A stretch of DNA of 61,769 bases, counting the filler, from Catajapyx aquilonaris (Eukaryota): assembly GCA_000934665.2 (NCBI GenBank). It is 3 parts of 3 records of this genome, joined end to end, with 100 filler letters (N's around TTAATTAATTAA, not from the genome) between each part and the next. Parts side by side here need not be neighbours in the genome. Positions count along the whole stretch, not along the records: positions 1 to 20,520 come from JYFJ02006244.1; 2 more parts are not named here. One strand, given 5' to 3'. The position numbers and the translations under genes were made by a program. The notes under the pieces were generated by a model that was not told where the DNA came from, did no database searches, and was given only the letters and a program-made list of their open reading frames with translations. The first letter of the stretch is position 1. Each line of letters begins with the position of its first letter. Of the stretch, positions 1 through 13,032 are shown piece by piece.

Positions 1-222
1 TTTACAAATCGAATGAGTGAGTGCGCAGGCAGAAGAGATCCGTCGCTGGGTCATCCGCGTCACTCACTCAATTTGTAAACAGTGGCAACAATGGAAGAAG
101 TCTCCATGGGATGATGTTTGAATTGGCCCGCCGGACAGGGTTGCCAGGTAACGCACTACAACATAAGCAGCTTAGGCCGAATTTGTCAATAGCTGTTCGG
201 ACAAAAAAGTTGGACCACCCTG
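1..222. mobile_element. Right part of a CAGGGTG-ended MITE (family with TTTTGTCCGAAC subterminal motif)
   Basis: Ends GTTCGGACAAAAAAGTTGGACCACCCTG|TA, similar to the right end of 5888-6097; left boundary not identified. Confidence 0.6.
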
Positions 223-226
223 TATA

Positions 227-627
227 CAGGGTGTGGAAATTTAAAATACTGTCCCTTCGGGGGATGGTATACGGTGTTCTAGGTGATCATGTTAAGGACA
301 GGCATCGAGGGTCTTCATAGTAATCGATATAATGGGCTTCAAGCACAAGGTACAAAATATCTTGGCAGGTATGTGTTGCCATGCAACCTTATCTTTTGCA
401 TTAAATTTTAGGTGTTACCATGCAATTTAAATTTCGGATATGACCCCAATGCATGTAGTAGGCAATGGAAGTGTCATAGGTTGTATCTGTGACATAATGC
501 TCTCTTTATTTAGTGTTAATACCTTTGATAACTAAGCTGCTGAGACACACGATATCTATACTACGTTATCCCTTAGAACCCCTTGACGATCATGCAAAGT
601 GTCAGTATGTTAAATTTATCCACCTTG
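227..627. mobile_element. Tc1/mariner-type MITE (TA|CAGGGTG ends)
   Basis: CAGGGTGTGGAAATTTAAAATACTG ... CAGTATGTTAAATTTATCCACCTTG imperfect TIRs; abuts the previous MITE through TATA. Confidence 0.6.
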
Positions 628-1554
628 CACACAGTGTGTTCCAATTATTTGGGTAAGTTATTGCAAATTTCACCTAATGCTGTTTCTTTGTATACATTTT
701 TGCACCCAGATTGAAGTGCTCTTAATATCTCCAGCTCATATACAGGGTGACCCTAAAATCTGGACTGATCTGGACTCATGGGTAATTATTGTATTGTCTT
801 GTTGGTTGATAATTGGCAACCTGGAAACCAACAATACAATACAATTATTACCTATGTGTCCAGACGTTAGAGTCAACCTGTATTCGACCACCCCTGAGAA
901 TAATTGGGAACCTCGATCAAGGTGCAAAAAGCACCACAATAACAACTTCGGGTGAAATTAGCAATAACTAAAAGGAACCAAATACTTGGAACAGACTATA
1001 TATGTAACTTACTCCTGCACTTGCAGGTAAGGGCAATTGTGGTATATGAAAATGAGTGTCCACAAAGTATTACTGGTAATTTTGTCAGATGACTTTTGTT
1101 ACACACCCAATTTGCTCATATGATAGGGATGACCAATCCATCAATTCTACCCCCATCCCTCCCCTTGTCCTGCTGACTTGGGCATAGAGTAACACCCGGT
1201 ACATTTCAAGAAATCATTCCACTGGTTAATCCTTAATTACATACTGTACAATATGCATGTCAAGTGTAATAAAAATCTTTCCCCAAGTAGTTTCATGTTG
1301 GTTTCATTTTAGTAATAAGTTGATATGAAAATAATATCCATTTTTAGAGACACTACACATATCTGAACTTCACCTGAACTAGTGGAAAGGCTTACGACTG
1401 CTTTCCAACACACCAATGCACGCTATGTAATTATATACCACTCTCATTACATCTAGTGAGAACTGAAGCAAATCCAAACAGCCAAGTCCCATACACATTT
1501 AAATATTTTAAATATAAGTTTTCCTGTAATCAAAATAAACAAGTGTTTGTGTTC

Positions 1555-2156
1555 ATCTGATAAAGGCAATGGATTTCTTAGAGTGAACTGCTGGGCCCAT
1601 GGCCCCGCCCCCAAACAAACTTCTCTCCTCCCTCCTCCCTCCTCCACAACTTCTCCCCCCCACCACTTTGGCACCATGACAACATGTATCCCTCCGCCAG
1701 AGCCTTATTCCGATGGTGCTTATGCGTGCCGAAAAGAAGTGAAAAGAAGAGATTCGAACACCGTTGCCTTGGATTCGAACAATGCTTCGAAATTACGCGG
1801 GCACGGATCCCGATGCTCTTTTGTCTCTCGCCTTGAAAGTAGTCCCCATGTGGCAAGGTTGCTGATTTTAATTTTTCGCGTAAGTAACTAATAACGCTAT
1901 TCTAAGTAATGCTTTAGTGTTCATAAATTATGTCAGAATCAAATAATTGATATGCGTCGAATTCCTTTTTAAAATACACCGTCAATTACATTTATGTATT
2001 TTCACCTGGCAACCTTCCTGTGACGCACGGTCATACAGGCGATCCCATTGGTTCGCCCGGGGGGGCGTGTCTGTTCACTCTAATACAGGTGATCCCATTG
2101 GTTCGCCCAGGGGGGCGTGTCTGTTCACTCTAAGAAATCCGTTCCCTATATCAGAT
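1555..2156. mobile_element. MITE with ~33-bp imperfect TIRs and an internal 50-bp tandem duplication (2033-2132)
   Basis: ATCTGATAAAGGCAATGGATTTCTTAGAGTGAAC ... GTTCACTCTAAGAAATCCGTTCCCTATATCAGAT. Confidence 0.65.
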
Positions 2157-3568
2157 TAGTAACATCCTTAAAACAAATTAAAGGTGTCACAACAATTCAT
2201 AATGGTGCTATGATAATGCTGCAGATATGAACACGTGTTGGAATTTTTCAAATGCAGAACTCCTGCTCAAATTCAAACTCAACAAAGACATAACAGTGCA
2301 TTACATAAATATGATGATCTACAGTAATAGCAGTTATCCTAAATATAGACACGCCTTTATGGAATGAGACTGGAGTTGTTTGTCATTGATGGAGGAGCTC
2401 CTCCTCACTAACCCAATACACAAGTTTCAACACTGAAATTTGTTTTCATATATGAAGGGTGATCAGTCACTCAACTACTACCTCAACTCAAATTAACATC
2501 ACCTTTCCCTAAACATGGAATAATCGGGGGGAGGGGGGGGGNGTCCAAGTTGGGATGAATAAACCAATCAAAAACCGGGGGTGGGGTAGGGAGGGGGGTT
2601 CAAAAATGTCAAAAATGTCCTGACGTAATATGTGTACAGCCCCTAATGGTCTATTTAAGACACCCATAAAGTCGGTTTTCAGCCAAAATTGTGCCATCTG
2701 CATTCTAAGTTTAACACATGCAGTAATTTTTAGTAGTGAAATTTCATTTCAAGTAGGCAAATATTTCAAAGTGGAAATTACACAAGGCTGTTTAAATATG
2801 GGCTACACATGTGCAGTAAATAAGAATGATATAACATCATAGCATGTAGTTCAGTGACACAAAATAGCCCTACATTGCATTTGCATCACCTAGTTTGCAC
2901 CTGGTAAAAGAAATTTCAACACATATCGTAAAATGGGGCTACTTTGGTCCAAGTATGTACCAAGTACTTCAAAAATGCATCAGATGGCAGGTAATGATAC
3001 TAACTACATGTAATAAGCACAGTCAGAATCACTTAGGGTTGGTGCATGTGTGGTAAAGGTGTCATACATCGAAGTTTGTAAACCTGCCAGGAGAGGGCTA
3101 CTCTCCCCTTTGTGCACGTTGTCACTTTGGCCCGTGTTTTCAAAAGCCTGTACTCCCATAGGTAAACAGATCCCCTACTTCCAGGTATAGAAAACCAAAC
3201 AAAGAAAACAATAAAATGAGGTAAGCTTAAATGGAAAATAATACGATTTGACACCACTTTCACATGCAAATAAGACAGGAATGGAAATCGCAAGGGCCCA
3301 CACAAGGTTCTGGCATTCAGGACCTGCACAGACTACATCCTTGCTCTCACATGTTTTTTGTTTTTGTTTTTTTAAATCACATTTTTCTCTCTCTTTATGC
3401 CCAGAAAATGTGTATTTTCTGTCACTTGTTTCTCTTCAATTGAATGCACTATACTGGAGTATCAACCATCAACAACATATTGTCACATTTTGGAATAAAG
3501 AGCTGAATATGAGATGGCTTGTGCTATGACATGTAGTAGATGTGGTAAGTTTATAAATTATAACAAGA

Positions 3569-3615
<47 letters not shown>

Positions 3616-3626
3616 TACTATTATTA
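3569..3626. repeat. (ATT)n microsatellite
   Basis: Direct reading. Confidence 0.95.
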
Positions 3627-5392
3627 CGGTACTACAACTGTCACTAAAACTTCTGACAAACTCCCCCCCATAATTTTCACTGAAGGGCCGCATCCTTTAG
3701 GATTAATATAGCCATAATATTGCGAAATTATAATATCATGAAAAGAAATTAAACATACACATCCAGAGGCGCATGAGTGTGAATGAAATGGTAGGTGTAC
3801 TGATCAAATACACAAAGCATTACAAAAGTATTTCCAAGTTCCACCTTGGTAAAATTGATTGATTTCCTAACCTATGGATTTTACAACCACATTTCAAACA
3901 CAATACATCATGTGCATCTTGAGAAATAGAGCAAATCCACCCACTACCACATCAACCATCCACCTTGACTCCTATTTAGTGTCCAATAATTGCACCCCAA
4001 TTAATTAATCATGATCATCTTATCCACCCTTGACCTACAACTTCCTAGCCTCATTTTAATGTTGTTTGGAGGCAAGTGTTTCCATAAAGTGACAACAAAC
4101 CATTGAGGATAAAGCATGGTGAAATTTACTTTTGAGTACAATAACTTCACTAAAGTTACATATCTGTGCTCATTTTAAAGAAAAATTCCAACACGAAATG
4201 TTTATTAGCTTCGGAGGGACAATATGTCATCATCACTTCCCCTGTGACTCTTATCTCATACCTAAATGAAAATGGTGTATCACACATTTATTTTAAAAAT
4301 CTGGGAGCACCATTTTTCACCAACAGAAGTTCAAATAAAATGTTTGAATCGGTCACATTCACAAGACTCAAAGTTACATACGAGACAGGTACTCGCAACG
4401 TAATAGTGCAGTTCTTGTTATATACGAGTGGCAGAAGGAATGGGAAAAAAAACATACCAGGCACAGAAATGACACAATCACATGGAAACCAAGTGAGAGT
4501 AGTGTGAGAAGTGTCAAGTTGACAGGCAGCCTGAGTACATATCCTGACCTATAGAACTATTGTGCTCAAAGTGGAGTGAGGCCCACCAAAACACTCTACG
4601 CTCCTCCTGAAGTACTGCAGGCACATTGAGGACGCAAATGATCACTCAGGAAGATCCAACAACAATGACAAGGACGGAAAAATAGTAGAGTCAAATGCAA
4701 GTCGGGAATGAGGTGGGAGGTAACACCACGGTAATTCTCTGGCTCCAATCCCAGCTGACTACAAGGAAACGGAGCGGAGGGGAGGGTGGGGGAGAGAGAG
4801 GGAGAGAGACCTACATCTCCCCCAACACACCCCCAACCTCCAAATAGCCTCATCCACCCACCCACCCACTCATTGCTAGTTCCCATCTGCACCACCAGAG
4901 TAACCTATCCACCAACCAACAGCAGCACCTCCCTCAAATGGCCAATCCCCACTACTTGATCAATACCTCAGCCTCAGCCAGCCAGCCTGCTGTCTGGACC
5001 ACTCTCATTTGGAGTTTGCATGTTATCATGATTAGCCCTAATAACAATGTATGAATATCCTCACTGCCATAGACATATGAAAAACAACTCCAAAATATTT
5101 TGGGAGTTGGATACATACTTCACTTAGGCTTCAAAAACCGTTGCTTGGAATAACTAGATTGTGCCCGCACCACAAGTCAGATAATTCACAAAGGTCAACA
5201 TCATTACAGCCCCAAATCAATAAATTAATGACCATTTATCTCATTAATGATCTTTAATGGAAATGACACCAGCCATCTAAATTCTAAACTAAATCTAAAC
5301 AATTAAAATAACTTTTAAAATGCCCATATAAAATTCACCTTCAAAAAATGCAGATCGAGCAACCAATAAACAGTGCAACAAAGTGGTGAGGC

Positions 5393-5456
<64 letters not shown>
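5393..5456. repeat. (AAT)n microsatellite
   Basis: Direct reading. Confidence 0.95.
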
Positions 5457-5460
<4 letters not shown>

Positions 5461-5887
5461 CATAAATAAAACACTCCTACCCCAACCCATTTTCGTTCTC
5501 ATTCTTTAAAAAAAATTGCCAAACAAGAAGGAAATCCTGCCATCTGACAGATGCACAATCCGCAACAGGACACTTCTATAGAGGTAATTGTGAATTAAGA
5601 AATTCTGTGGATCGACTATACCTGCTTTGACTTTGCTGTCACTCTCGTTGATCAGTGGTGCTTTAGTTTTCTCCCCTTCACCATTGCTCCTGTTGGATAA
5701 AGAACTGTATGTTATGTAAATCAATTCATACAAAACCCTCCATACTAAAAAAAAATAAACCAATCCAAGAAACAGAACCCAATTTTGCTCATTCCAACAA
5801 CCGCTGTAATTATCTCCTGTACAACATAAATATACAATTGAGTCAGTTATTCAAGTTGTGCACCAATAAGCTGAACCAACTGACATA

Positions 5888-6097
5888 CAGGGTGTCTAAA
5901 CTTTTTTGTCCGAACAGTTATCGGAAAAGCCTATGTATCTTCTAGCTATGTACCCAGAATATGCCCCAACATTCCTGGCACATCTCTCAACTGATAAAGC
6001 CAGGTAAGCATCACTGGTTGCAAGTCACTGCTAAAAAATAAGCAGCTTAGTGCAATATTTCCGATAATTGTTCGGACAAAAAAATTGAGACACCCTG
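5888..6097. mobile_element. Tc1/mariner-type MITE, TA TSD
   Basis: TA|CAGGGTGTCTAAACTTTTTTGTCCGAACAGTTATCGGAAA ... TTTCCGATAATTGTTCGGACAAAAAAATTGAGACACCCTG|TA; relatives at ~174-222, 30117-30359 and 35965-36060. Confidence 0.8.
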
Positions 6098-6240
6098 TAC
6101 AGACCCATAATAGCGTGGAGTGACATCACTACACCAAAATTCTGAAATATTATTATTAAACAAACTTGTGACAGTGTGTGTGGCAGAATCTCGTTAGTGA
6201 TTGATTAACAGGGCAATGTTTTGTACAAATTATATTACTA

Positions 6241-6374
6241 TGCCTGAGTGGCAGGATGTGTGATCATGTTACTGATGGCTGGGCATGTGGTATATATCTC
6301 ACACACAGGATCAAGCAAGGTCACTTCGTGCTGCCCAGCCATCATTATCAGGATCATATCCTGCCACTTAGGCA
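6241..6374. repeat. Imperfect ~130-bp hairpin (probable small MITE)
   Basis: TGCCTGAGTGGCAGGATGTGTGATC...GATGGCTGGGCA / TGCCCAGCCATC...GATCATATCCTGCCACTTAGGCA. Confidence 0.6.
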
Positions 6375-7627
6375 ACCACGGCACAAGCGGGACTCAATCT
6401 GTTTGCCGCCTTCCCTACACAAATGCTGTTGGGTGGGTGACCACATGTGTCCAAGAAGAGTCCAAATTTTCATCAGGGTCAAAGGTTGCTACATCAGTAT
6501 TTCTCATCCCTACAATGCTGACTGTTTTTGGTCAATGAATATGCTGCCAACTGGATGAGATACTAGTAAAAAATACCCTGTATAACGACCACGCAATTAA
6601 ATATGATTAACCCATTATCACATCAGAATTTAATTGGACTTAACACGTGTTAATGGAATTGTTTTCATTAATTCCACTCAAATTATTAATTCTATGTCAA
6701 ATTAAATTTTGCTCACATCTGGTACAGATTACCACTATTATTTGTTCACCCTCTCTCATGCTGTTCAAATGATACAACTTGTTACTCACATGTAACAGTC
6801 AAATATACAGTGTATTTGAACAGAACTTTACCAAAAATTTTCTACATTATTTAATTCCCTTAAAAAAAATACACAAAATGTAGGCAGGTGCAGGCCAGAA
6901 CAGCCCTTCCACTTGTGTCATTATGGACTATGCAGCATTGCAGTACTGCATAGTAATTAGAGACTGCAAGTGGAGAAAAATTAGAATTGTTATGCATTTG
7001 GAGATAATCTGTCAGATAATTGCATGTCGATATTGATTGATGCAATCACTTGCACAAGATTGTCATATAGCACACCCTTCTTCAAATGCAGCTGAATACA
7101 GCAAGTATGCAAGTAAATACAATTTTTGCAATATAATCCACTTATAAAGTTTTCATACATTATTTATTATTATTATTTATTATTTGTCTACCCCCGTTTT
7201 CATACATTATTATCCTCATACATAAAGCTCAAAGTGCGTACATATGTTTGTCCCACCTCCCTCACAACCCCCTAGCAAAGTACACAACAGGGCAGCACTG
7301 CAGTATGGCCACGAAACTGGGGACACCCATGTCTTACCATTCTGTGAATCCAGGAAAAGTCCAAAAACCCTGACTATTTGGCAACAAAGTCAGTTATGAA
7401 CCAATTTCCATACTTTAGTGCACTTTTGTGGTCATACTGCAGTGCTGCCCTGTTGTGTATGTTGCTAGAGGAAGTTTCTATGTCGAATGCAACAAATATC
7501 AACAATATCCTTGCAACAATATATCAATTTTTTATTTTTTATTTTTTTTACAGTACCCCATTCTCAGGCCTTGGGCCCTTTTTTAGGGGAGTGGAATACC
7601 ACTATTTTTGGAACCATATAATGTATA

Positions 7628-8064
7628 CAGGGTGTATCAGAACTCTACCATAAGCCATGTGCCAATGGCATAAGGGGCACCAGAGCATCATTATATGTAG
7701 AAGGGTCATCATGTCTAGGCAGCCACATCACGTAGATAATTGATCATTTGCGAAGTAGCGATTGCGCTTAAGCGTGATTGTAGAATAGCAGTGCATCTGG
7801 GGGGAACTGCATTCTAAGAGCCCTTAGTGACTACCCCAATAGCAGTGTGGCAGTAGCCCCCCAGAAAATAGCTGCGACATCACCTGTGATGCGATTGGCG
7901 GCTGAAGGTTTGCATACCTGCCAGGATATTTTATACCTATTGGTTGAGGTCAATTATCTCGGTCATGCGGCGGCCCAGGCCTATGATTCCGATACTGTAA
8001 ATGATCATCTGCTGACCATTACGCCATTGGCATATGGCTTATGGTAGAGTTCTGATACACCCTG
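7628..8064. mobile_element. Tc1/mariner-type MITE, TA TSD
   Basis: TA|CAGGGTGTATCAGAACTCTACCATAAGCCATGTGCCAATGGC ... GCCATTGGCATATGGCTTATGGTAGAGTTCTGATACACCCTG|TA. Confidence 0.85.
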
Positions 8065-9136
8065 TATATGTTAATTGTTCCAAGGGTAAGTAGGAGGGGA
8101 TGTGCAAAGTGCAAGTGCAATGTCGCATATTGGTCATTTTGTGAACTCCCCCGGGTGGATTAGTCTAGCAGAAATTACCACCCGAGATGAAGACAGAGAT
8201 GGCCCAACTCTGCACGACAATATATCAATTATTAAGTTCCCATGGATATGCCCTTATTCATATCGATCACATTGCTAAACTCAGCGGCTGCCACAGCAAA
8301 GTAAACAAGGCATTGTTGAAAAATTGCTTTCAATTGATTTCAAACCACTTTCAAACAATGACTTGGTTACTTCTTGCTGTGCTGGCAGCCGCTGAGTTAA
8401 GCTACAAGCTCATTGATGTCTTGCGCTTTGCTTTTTTACACTTTCTATCGCCTTAAGTTCAACGCATCCGTCATCTATGCGATGGTCACCTCACATGGGT
8501 TCGTATGGTATCATAGTCATTCCAAGGGGAGAAAATTGCATGGAATTTCGTTGGATTTGGAAGTAGACTTGCCAGACACAAATGAAAAACTTGACATACA
8601 TCCAATCAGCACACTTCCAGTGAAACCTGCCTTTGCGGACCCCCTGGTTATAGGGGAAACCTATCCATTACGGAAATTTTTCTGCGGAGAACAGGCATAT
8701 GCATAAGGCATGCAATGTATTTATTGAAGGATATACCGGAACCTGCCTAATGTGGAGGGTGTCTCCCTTCAGAGAAAATCTCTGTTTATAACGGAAATCA
8801 CCCTACACCATACTGTCCTCATACTGTCTCATACTGTGTCTCATAATTGCTGAAATTGCTATCTGACCATGGCTTTGAAGATATTGGTGAGGAAAGGGAG
8901 CTACACTATTTCTGGTTGGAAAACGAAGAGGCCATGCAGGGGGGCCGAGAAGATTGTGACTCATGATTTGTATAGGTGCCCTGCCTTCAAGTTTAGTTCA
9001 CTGTTCAGTCAAGTTTTAAAATGTCAGGGAAGAGGAAGGGGTTGACCCAGACTCAACGTATTGCCCATGTCAGGGGCGATGGTCCCATAGAGCAGGCAAA
9101 AGTAATAGCCCAAAACTGGTGTGGCAAAATTTAGTG

Positions 9137-9381
9137 CAGTGGTTCCCAACCTGTGGGTCGCAACCCCCTTGGGGATCTTCCGGGCGGACGCGCGGTAGCC
9201 GCAGTAATTTTTACTTCCAAGAAATTTTATAGGGAATTTCACCATAGAGGTTTTTAAATGTTTTAATATATCTACAATACATTAATGTTTTACTAATACT
9301 CGGGGCAAGGGGAGTTGAGGTCGCAGGTTACTTGACTATCATAAAAGGGGGTCGCAACCCGAAGAGGGTTGGGAACCACTG
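9137..9381. mobile_element. hAT (Charlie-like) MITE
   Basis: TIRs CAGTGGTTCCCAACC / GGTTGGGAACCACTG; degenerate 8-bp TSD ATTTAGTG/GTTTGGTG; GGGGTCGC subterminal repeats; partial relative at ~28520-28792. Confidence 0.8.
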
Positions 9382-10329
9382 GTTTGGTGCTGGTTTGGTG
9401 CTTCAAATAGGTGGCTGAAAAGTTTCCGCAACAGGCACATAATTTCATGGAAAACAGTGCGCGGTAATGCAAGTGACGTGAATCTCGAAGTAGAATATTG
9501 GAAGAAGGTAGGAAGCGTTTGTTCAGGGTATCTCAAAGAGAACATTTTCAATGGTAAATGAAACTGCCTCCCTTATTTTTAAGGTGTGCTGTACGGCAAA
9601 TAAAACCGTAGGGTAAAACACTATTCCACAAAAATGCTACTGCACGGACTGATTTTGCACCACATTGAGGTAAGGTACTAATTTTTGATCTCCCCATTTT
9701 CCTCTCTTTCACACCAGCAAAAAATATCAGCAACATCTTGATCTGATAATATAGCAGAAACCTATCCATTATGGAAAACTTTAGGATCCTGTGCAATTCT
9801 GCAATGCACAGGTTTCACTGCATATGCATGGATTCCGCTAACCGAGGCATGATTGGCCTCCTCAGAGGCAATGAAAAAACTTTTGCTTATTGTTTTCAAA
9901 TACTACGCATAGGCCTACTACACAATGACCCATAGGACCAGTCGCATATGGATGAAGTTTATGAAGTGTATTTCATTCTTGCATACCTGTACCTCTACAA
10001 CCACAACACAGCCAGGCAACACCGGGTTACTTGCAAGTTATTGTGGCTTTGCCAAACTTCAATCGCATGCAAGTGTCACTCTGTCCCAACGACCGCAGCG
10101 AACTGTGGCGAATAGAATATGCAATGGGGGCGAAATCTCCGAGAGGCATACTGCATATGCAGGTTCTAGAGCAGGGGTGGGCAAAATTTTTCCTCCGTGT
10201 GCCATAGAGAGACCAAGAATATTTGGCGGGCCACATCTAACAAGGAAATTTCAACCTAATAAAAAGTTGCCAATTATATAGTCATTATTTATAATAGATA
10301 ATAATAATAGATATAAAAAGTTTATATAA

Positions 10330-10634
10330 TAATAATAATAATAATAATAATTCATACCCTGTTATTAGCCGGTGGCTCTTTAGCGGGGGAGTTCATCCCA
10401 ATTTCGTTTTGCCTGGAACTCTTTGCTTTCATTTTTTCCTTTGCTTTTTGGGATAGGATAGGGATGGAAGGAAGCGGCTGTGGCCTATTATTTAGGAAGC
10501 AATCCTGGAATTCTCCTGGGGGTACCGCGGGAAACCACAGAAAACCACGGTTAGGATTGCAGGCGGGACTCGAACCCAGGACTTCCCGATTAGCAGTCGA
10601 ACACCTTATCCATGCCACCAAACTGCTTCGGTTG
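10330..10634 (-). mobile_element. tRNA-derived SINE, family B (tRNA-Ser(GCT)-like head)
   Basis: - strand head GGTGGCATGGATAAGGTGTTCGACTGCTAATCGGGAAGTCCTGGGTTCGAGTCCC (A/B boxes); (TTA)n tail; 15-bp TSD AAAAAGTTTATATAA at 10315-10329 and 10635-10649. Confidence 0.9.
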
Positions 10635-10693
10635 AAAAAGTTTATATAAAATTGAGCCATTTTTTTTATTTTTCGCAAATTTCAATAATTTCA

Positions 10694-11322
10694 AAAGGAC
10701 ATGGGTTAACTCCTTATGACAAAGTTGTGCCGTTGGATTTGGCTGAAACTTGGTCAGTTGATGGACCTTGACCTAAGGGTCAATTGTTCTGAAGGTCGAA
10801 GAAAATCTACCATGCCATTTGGCCACTAGAGGTGCTCAAAGTCGGCCTTTCATGGACTTTCAGGTGTCTCCTATCGGGCTAATTTTCATGTATGTTGTCG
10901 AGTTTCATGAGCTGAGTCGAGTGAGCCATGTGGCGATTTTCTGCGACAAACCATTTGGCAGCTAGATGCGTAACAGAGTTCAACAACGGATCTTGCACCT
11001 ACCGTATCTACTGTATCTACTGTACTGTACTGGGATTGTAAGTGCAACATAACAATAACTGCCAAATGGTTTGTCATAGAAAATCACCACATGGCTCATT
11101 CGACTCAGCACATGAAACTCTACAACATACATGAAAATTAGCCCGATAGGATCCAGCTGAAAGTCCATGAAAGTCCAACTTTGAGCGCCTCTAGTGGCCA
11201 AACGGCACGGTATATTTTCTTGGGCCTTCAGAACAACTGACCCTTAGGTCTAGGTCCATCAACTGACCAAGTTTCAGCCAAATCCAATGGATTCAATCAT
11301 AAGGAGTTAACCCATGTCCTTT
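10694..11322. mobile_element. Foldback element with ~265-bp inverted arms
   Basis: AAAGGACATGGGTTAACTCCTTATGA ... TCATAAGGAGTTAACCCATGTCCTTT; arms pair inward to CCATTTGGCAG/CTGCCAAATGG. Confidence 0.85.
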
Positions 11323-13032
11323 GTGCGCGGGCCGCACAAATTTTCTTCGCAGGCTGTAGTTTGCCCACCCCTGTTCAAGAGACTGCTCTCTGCTTTTTTC
11401 ATCTATCAAACCCCATGTGAAGAACAGGTCCCCTGCTAGAATTGTATCTGTGAAGGCAGTTCTAATGAAAACATACTAATGCTGTCATATAATGAAACTG
11501 AAGGGGGGTCTATTTACTGGTAACTCATGAATGCTGAGGCAGTATTCTCATGCCATGATTTCAAGACAAAATGATGCCATTAATTAGATACACCTCTCAA
11601 CAACTAGCACAGTGTAATAAAATGCCCACATTTGAAAGATATATGGTTAAAGTAATGCCACAGCCTCTGCCTATAGTCAAGAGTATGGCTGCATGCGTAC
11701 AAGGCATACAATGGGGAACTAGCCTTGGTCTGGGATTTGAAATTTTTGTTCATAACTAGCTAGCCCATGCCTGTAAACATACATTCCATCACTCTGTTGC
11801 ATCAAAATGACATTACTGGATAAATTACGGCACATTTAAAAGTGCCTTCAAAATTGGCGGGAAAAACGGGGTAGCCGGGTGGTGCCAATCAAAAGGGTAC
11901 ACTGAAATGCCTGGTTGACTCTGAGATGAGGAAGTTGATTTAGAATTTACCGCGGACGCGACGGAAAGCATTCGGAAGGCGGCTGTAGGCCATCGAGGTG
12001 GAGAAAGGGGGCCTTCATGTGCCGAATTCGGGTGACAGATAATTCCTACCAGTTGGCACCACTGTCAGCCCCGAAGCGGTTTGAGCGGCCTGGAATAAAT
12101 ACGCGCCCCAGCCGCTATCTTGCTCACGGAATAGGACGGTTGCTAACAACAGCGAAGCATTTTACGACAATGACGGGGCGCGTTCTATAACATCATTTTT
12201 GCGTTCATTTCACTTCGCGTGACGTCAACATTTTCGAGGGAAACAGTGACGTCACCATTTCCCTTAGAAAAAACGCCAATATCTCCGGAACTGAAACTGA
12301 TATCTTAAAACGGAATACGCCAAAAAAATCCAAAAAATATGGGCGAATTTATTATGTAGTTTCCAAAATGAAGGCTAGTTCCCCATTGCTAGTAATACAA
12401 GTACACCCAAAGTAGTGCAGGTTAGTTTTAAATTTATGCAGACATTCTCGTATAGTCACTAAACTATAACTATGGACCTGGAGGGGAGGACAAAAATGAT
12501 TGATATGTGTTAATCTGAAATTTATTTTTAATGGTGTTACTGGGAGAGGGTGGAATTTGGAACAAGATGCAGCCCAGCATCTGAAAAGTGATGCTATCTT
12601 CCTTCTATCAACCATAGTGAGTTGCATGAGAACTTAGATCTTACACAAAGTGCAAGTAAAAGACATAGACCATGATAAATTTTGATTTGAAAATTTTTGA
12701 ACTTCTCCCAGAAAACAGAAAACTTGAAAATTAACATTTTCAAATACACTTAATATTTTACCCCAATTTTTACTGCAAGAGTCTCATCTTCTCAGCTCAC
12801 TATCCCGTTAAAATTTCTATGGGCATTTCATATGTGTGAAATTAACAAACGATGACAGTTGAAGGTGTATCCCCTTATCACCATCTGGCCATGTCTTGGG
12901 CAAACCCTCACATTCCTGGGATCTGAAAACAGGGTTCATTTGCCTTCAACTTTCATCAATTTTTTCTTGCCCATATAAAATACCCATCAAAATTTCAATG
13001 AAACAGTGCCAGAAAACAATAACCGGAAAGTC

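Larger units (their letters stand above)
10172..11373. mobile_element. hAT MITE carrying two nested insertions
   Basis: TIRs CAGGGGTGGGCAAA / TTTGCCCACCCCTG; 8-bp TSD TTCTAGAG/TTCAAGAG. Confidence 0.8.

Noticed and set aside
3469..3711. Poly-Ile and poly-Tyr ORFs
   Set aside because: Translation of the (ATT)n microsatellite
4596..4950. Possible alternative spinophilin exon
   Set aside because: No neurabin motifs and only weak splice signals
10555..10634. tRNA genes at SINE heads (also 14315, 20158, 31251, 32231, 61045)
   Set aside because: Each continues into a shared repeat body and tail, often with TSDs; these are SINE heads, not stand-alone tRNAs
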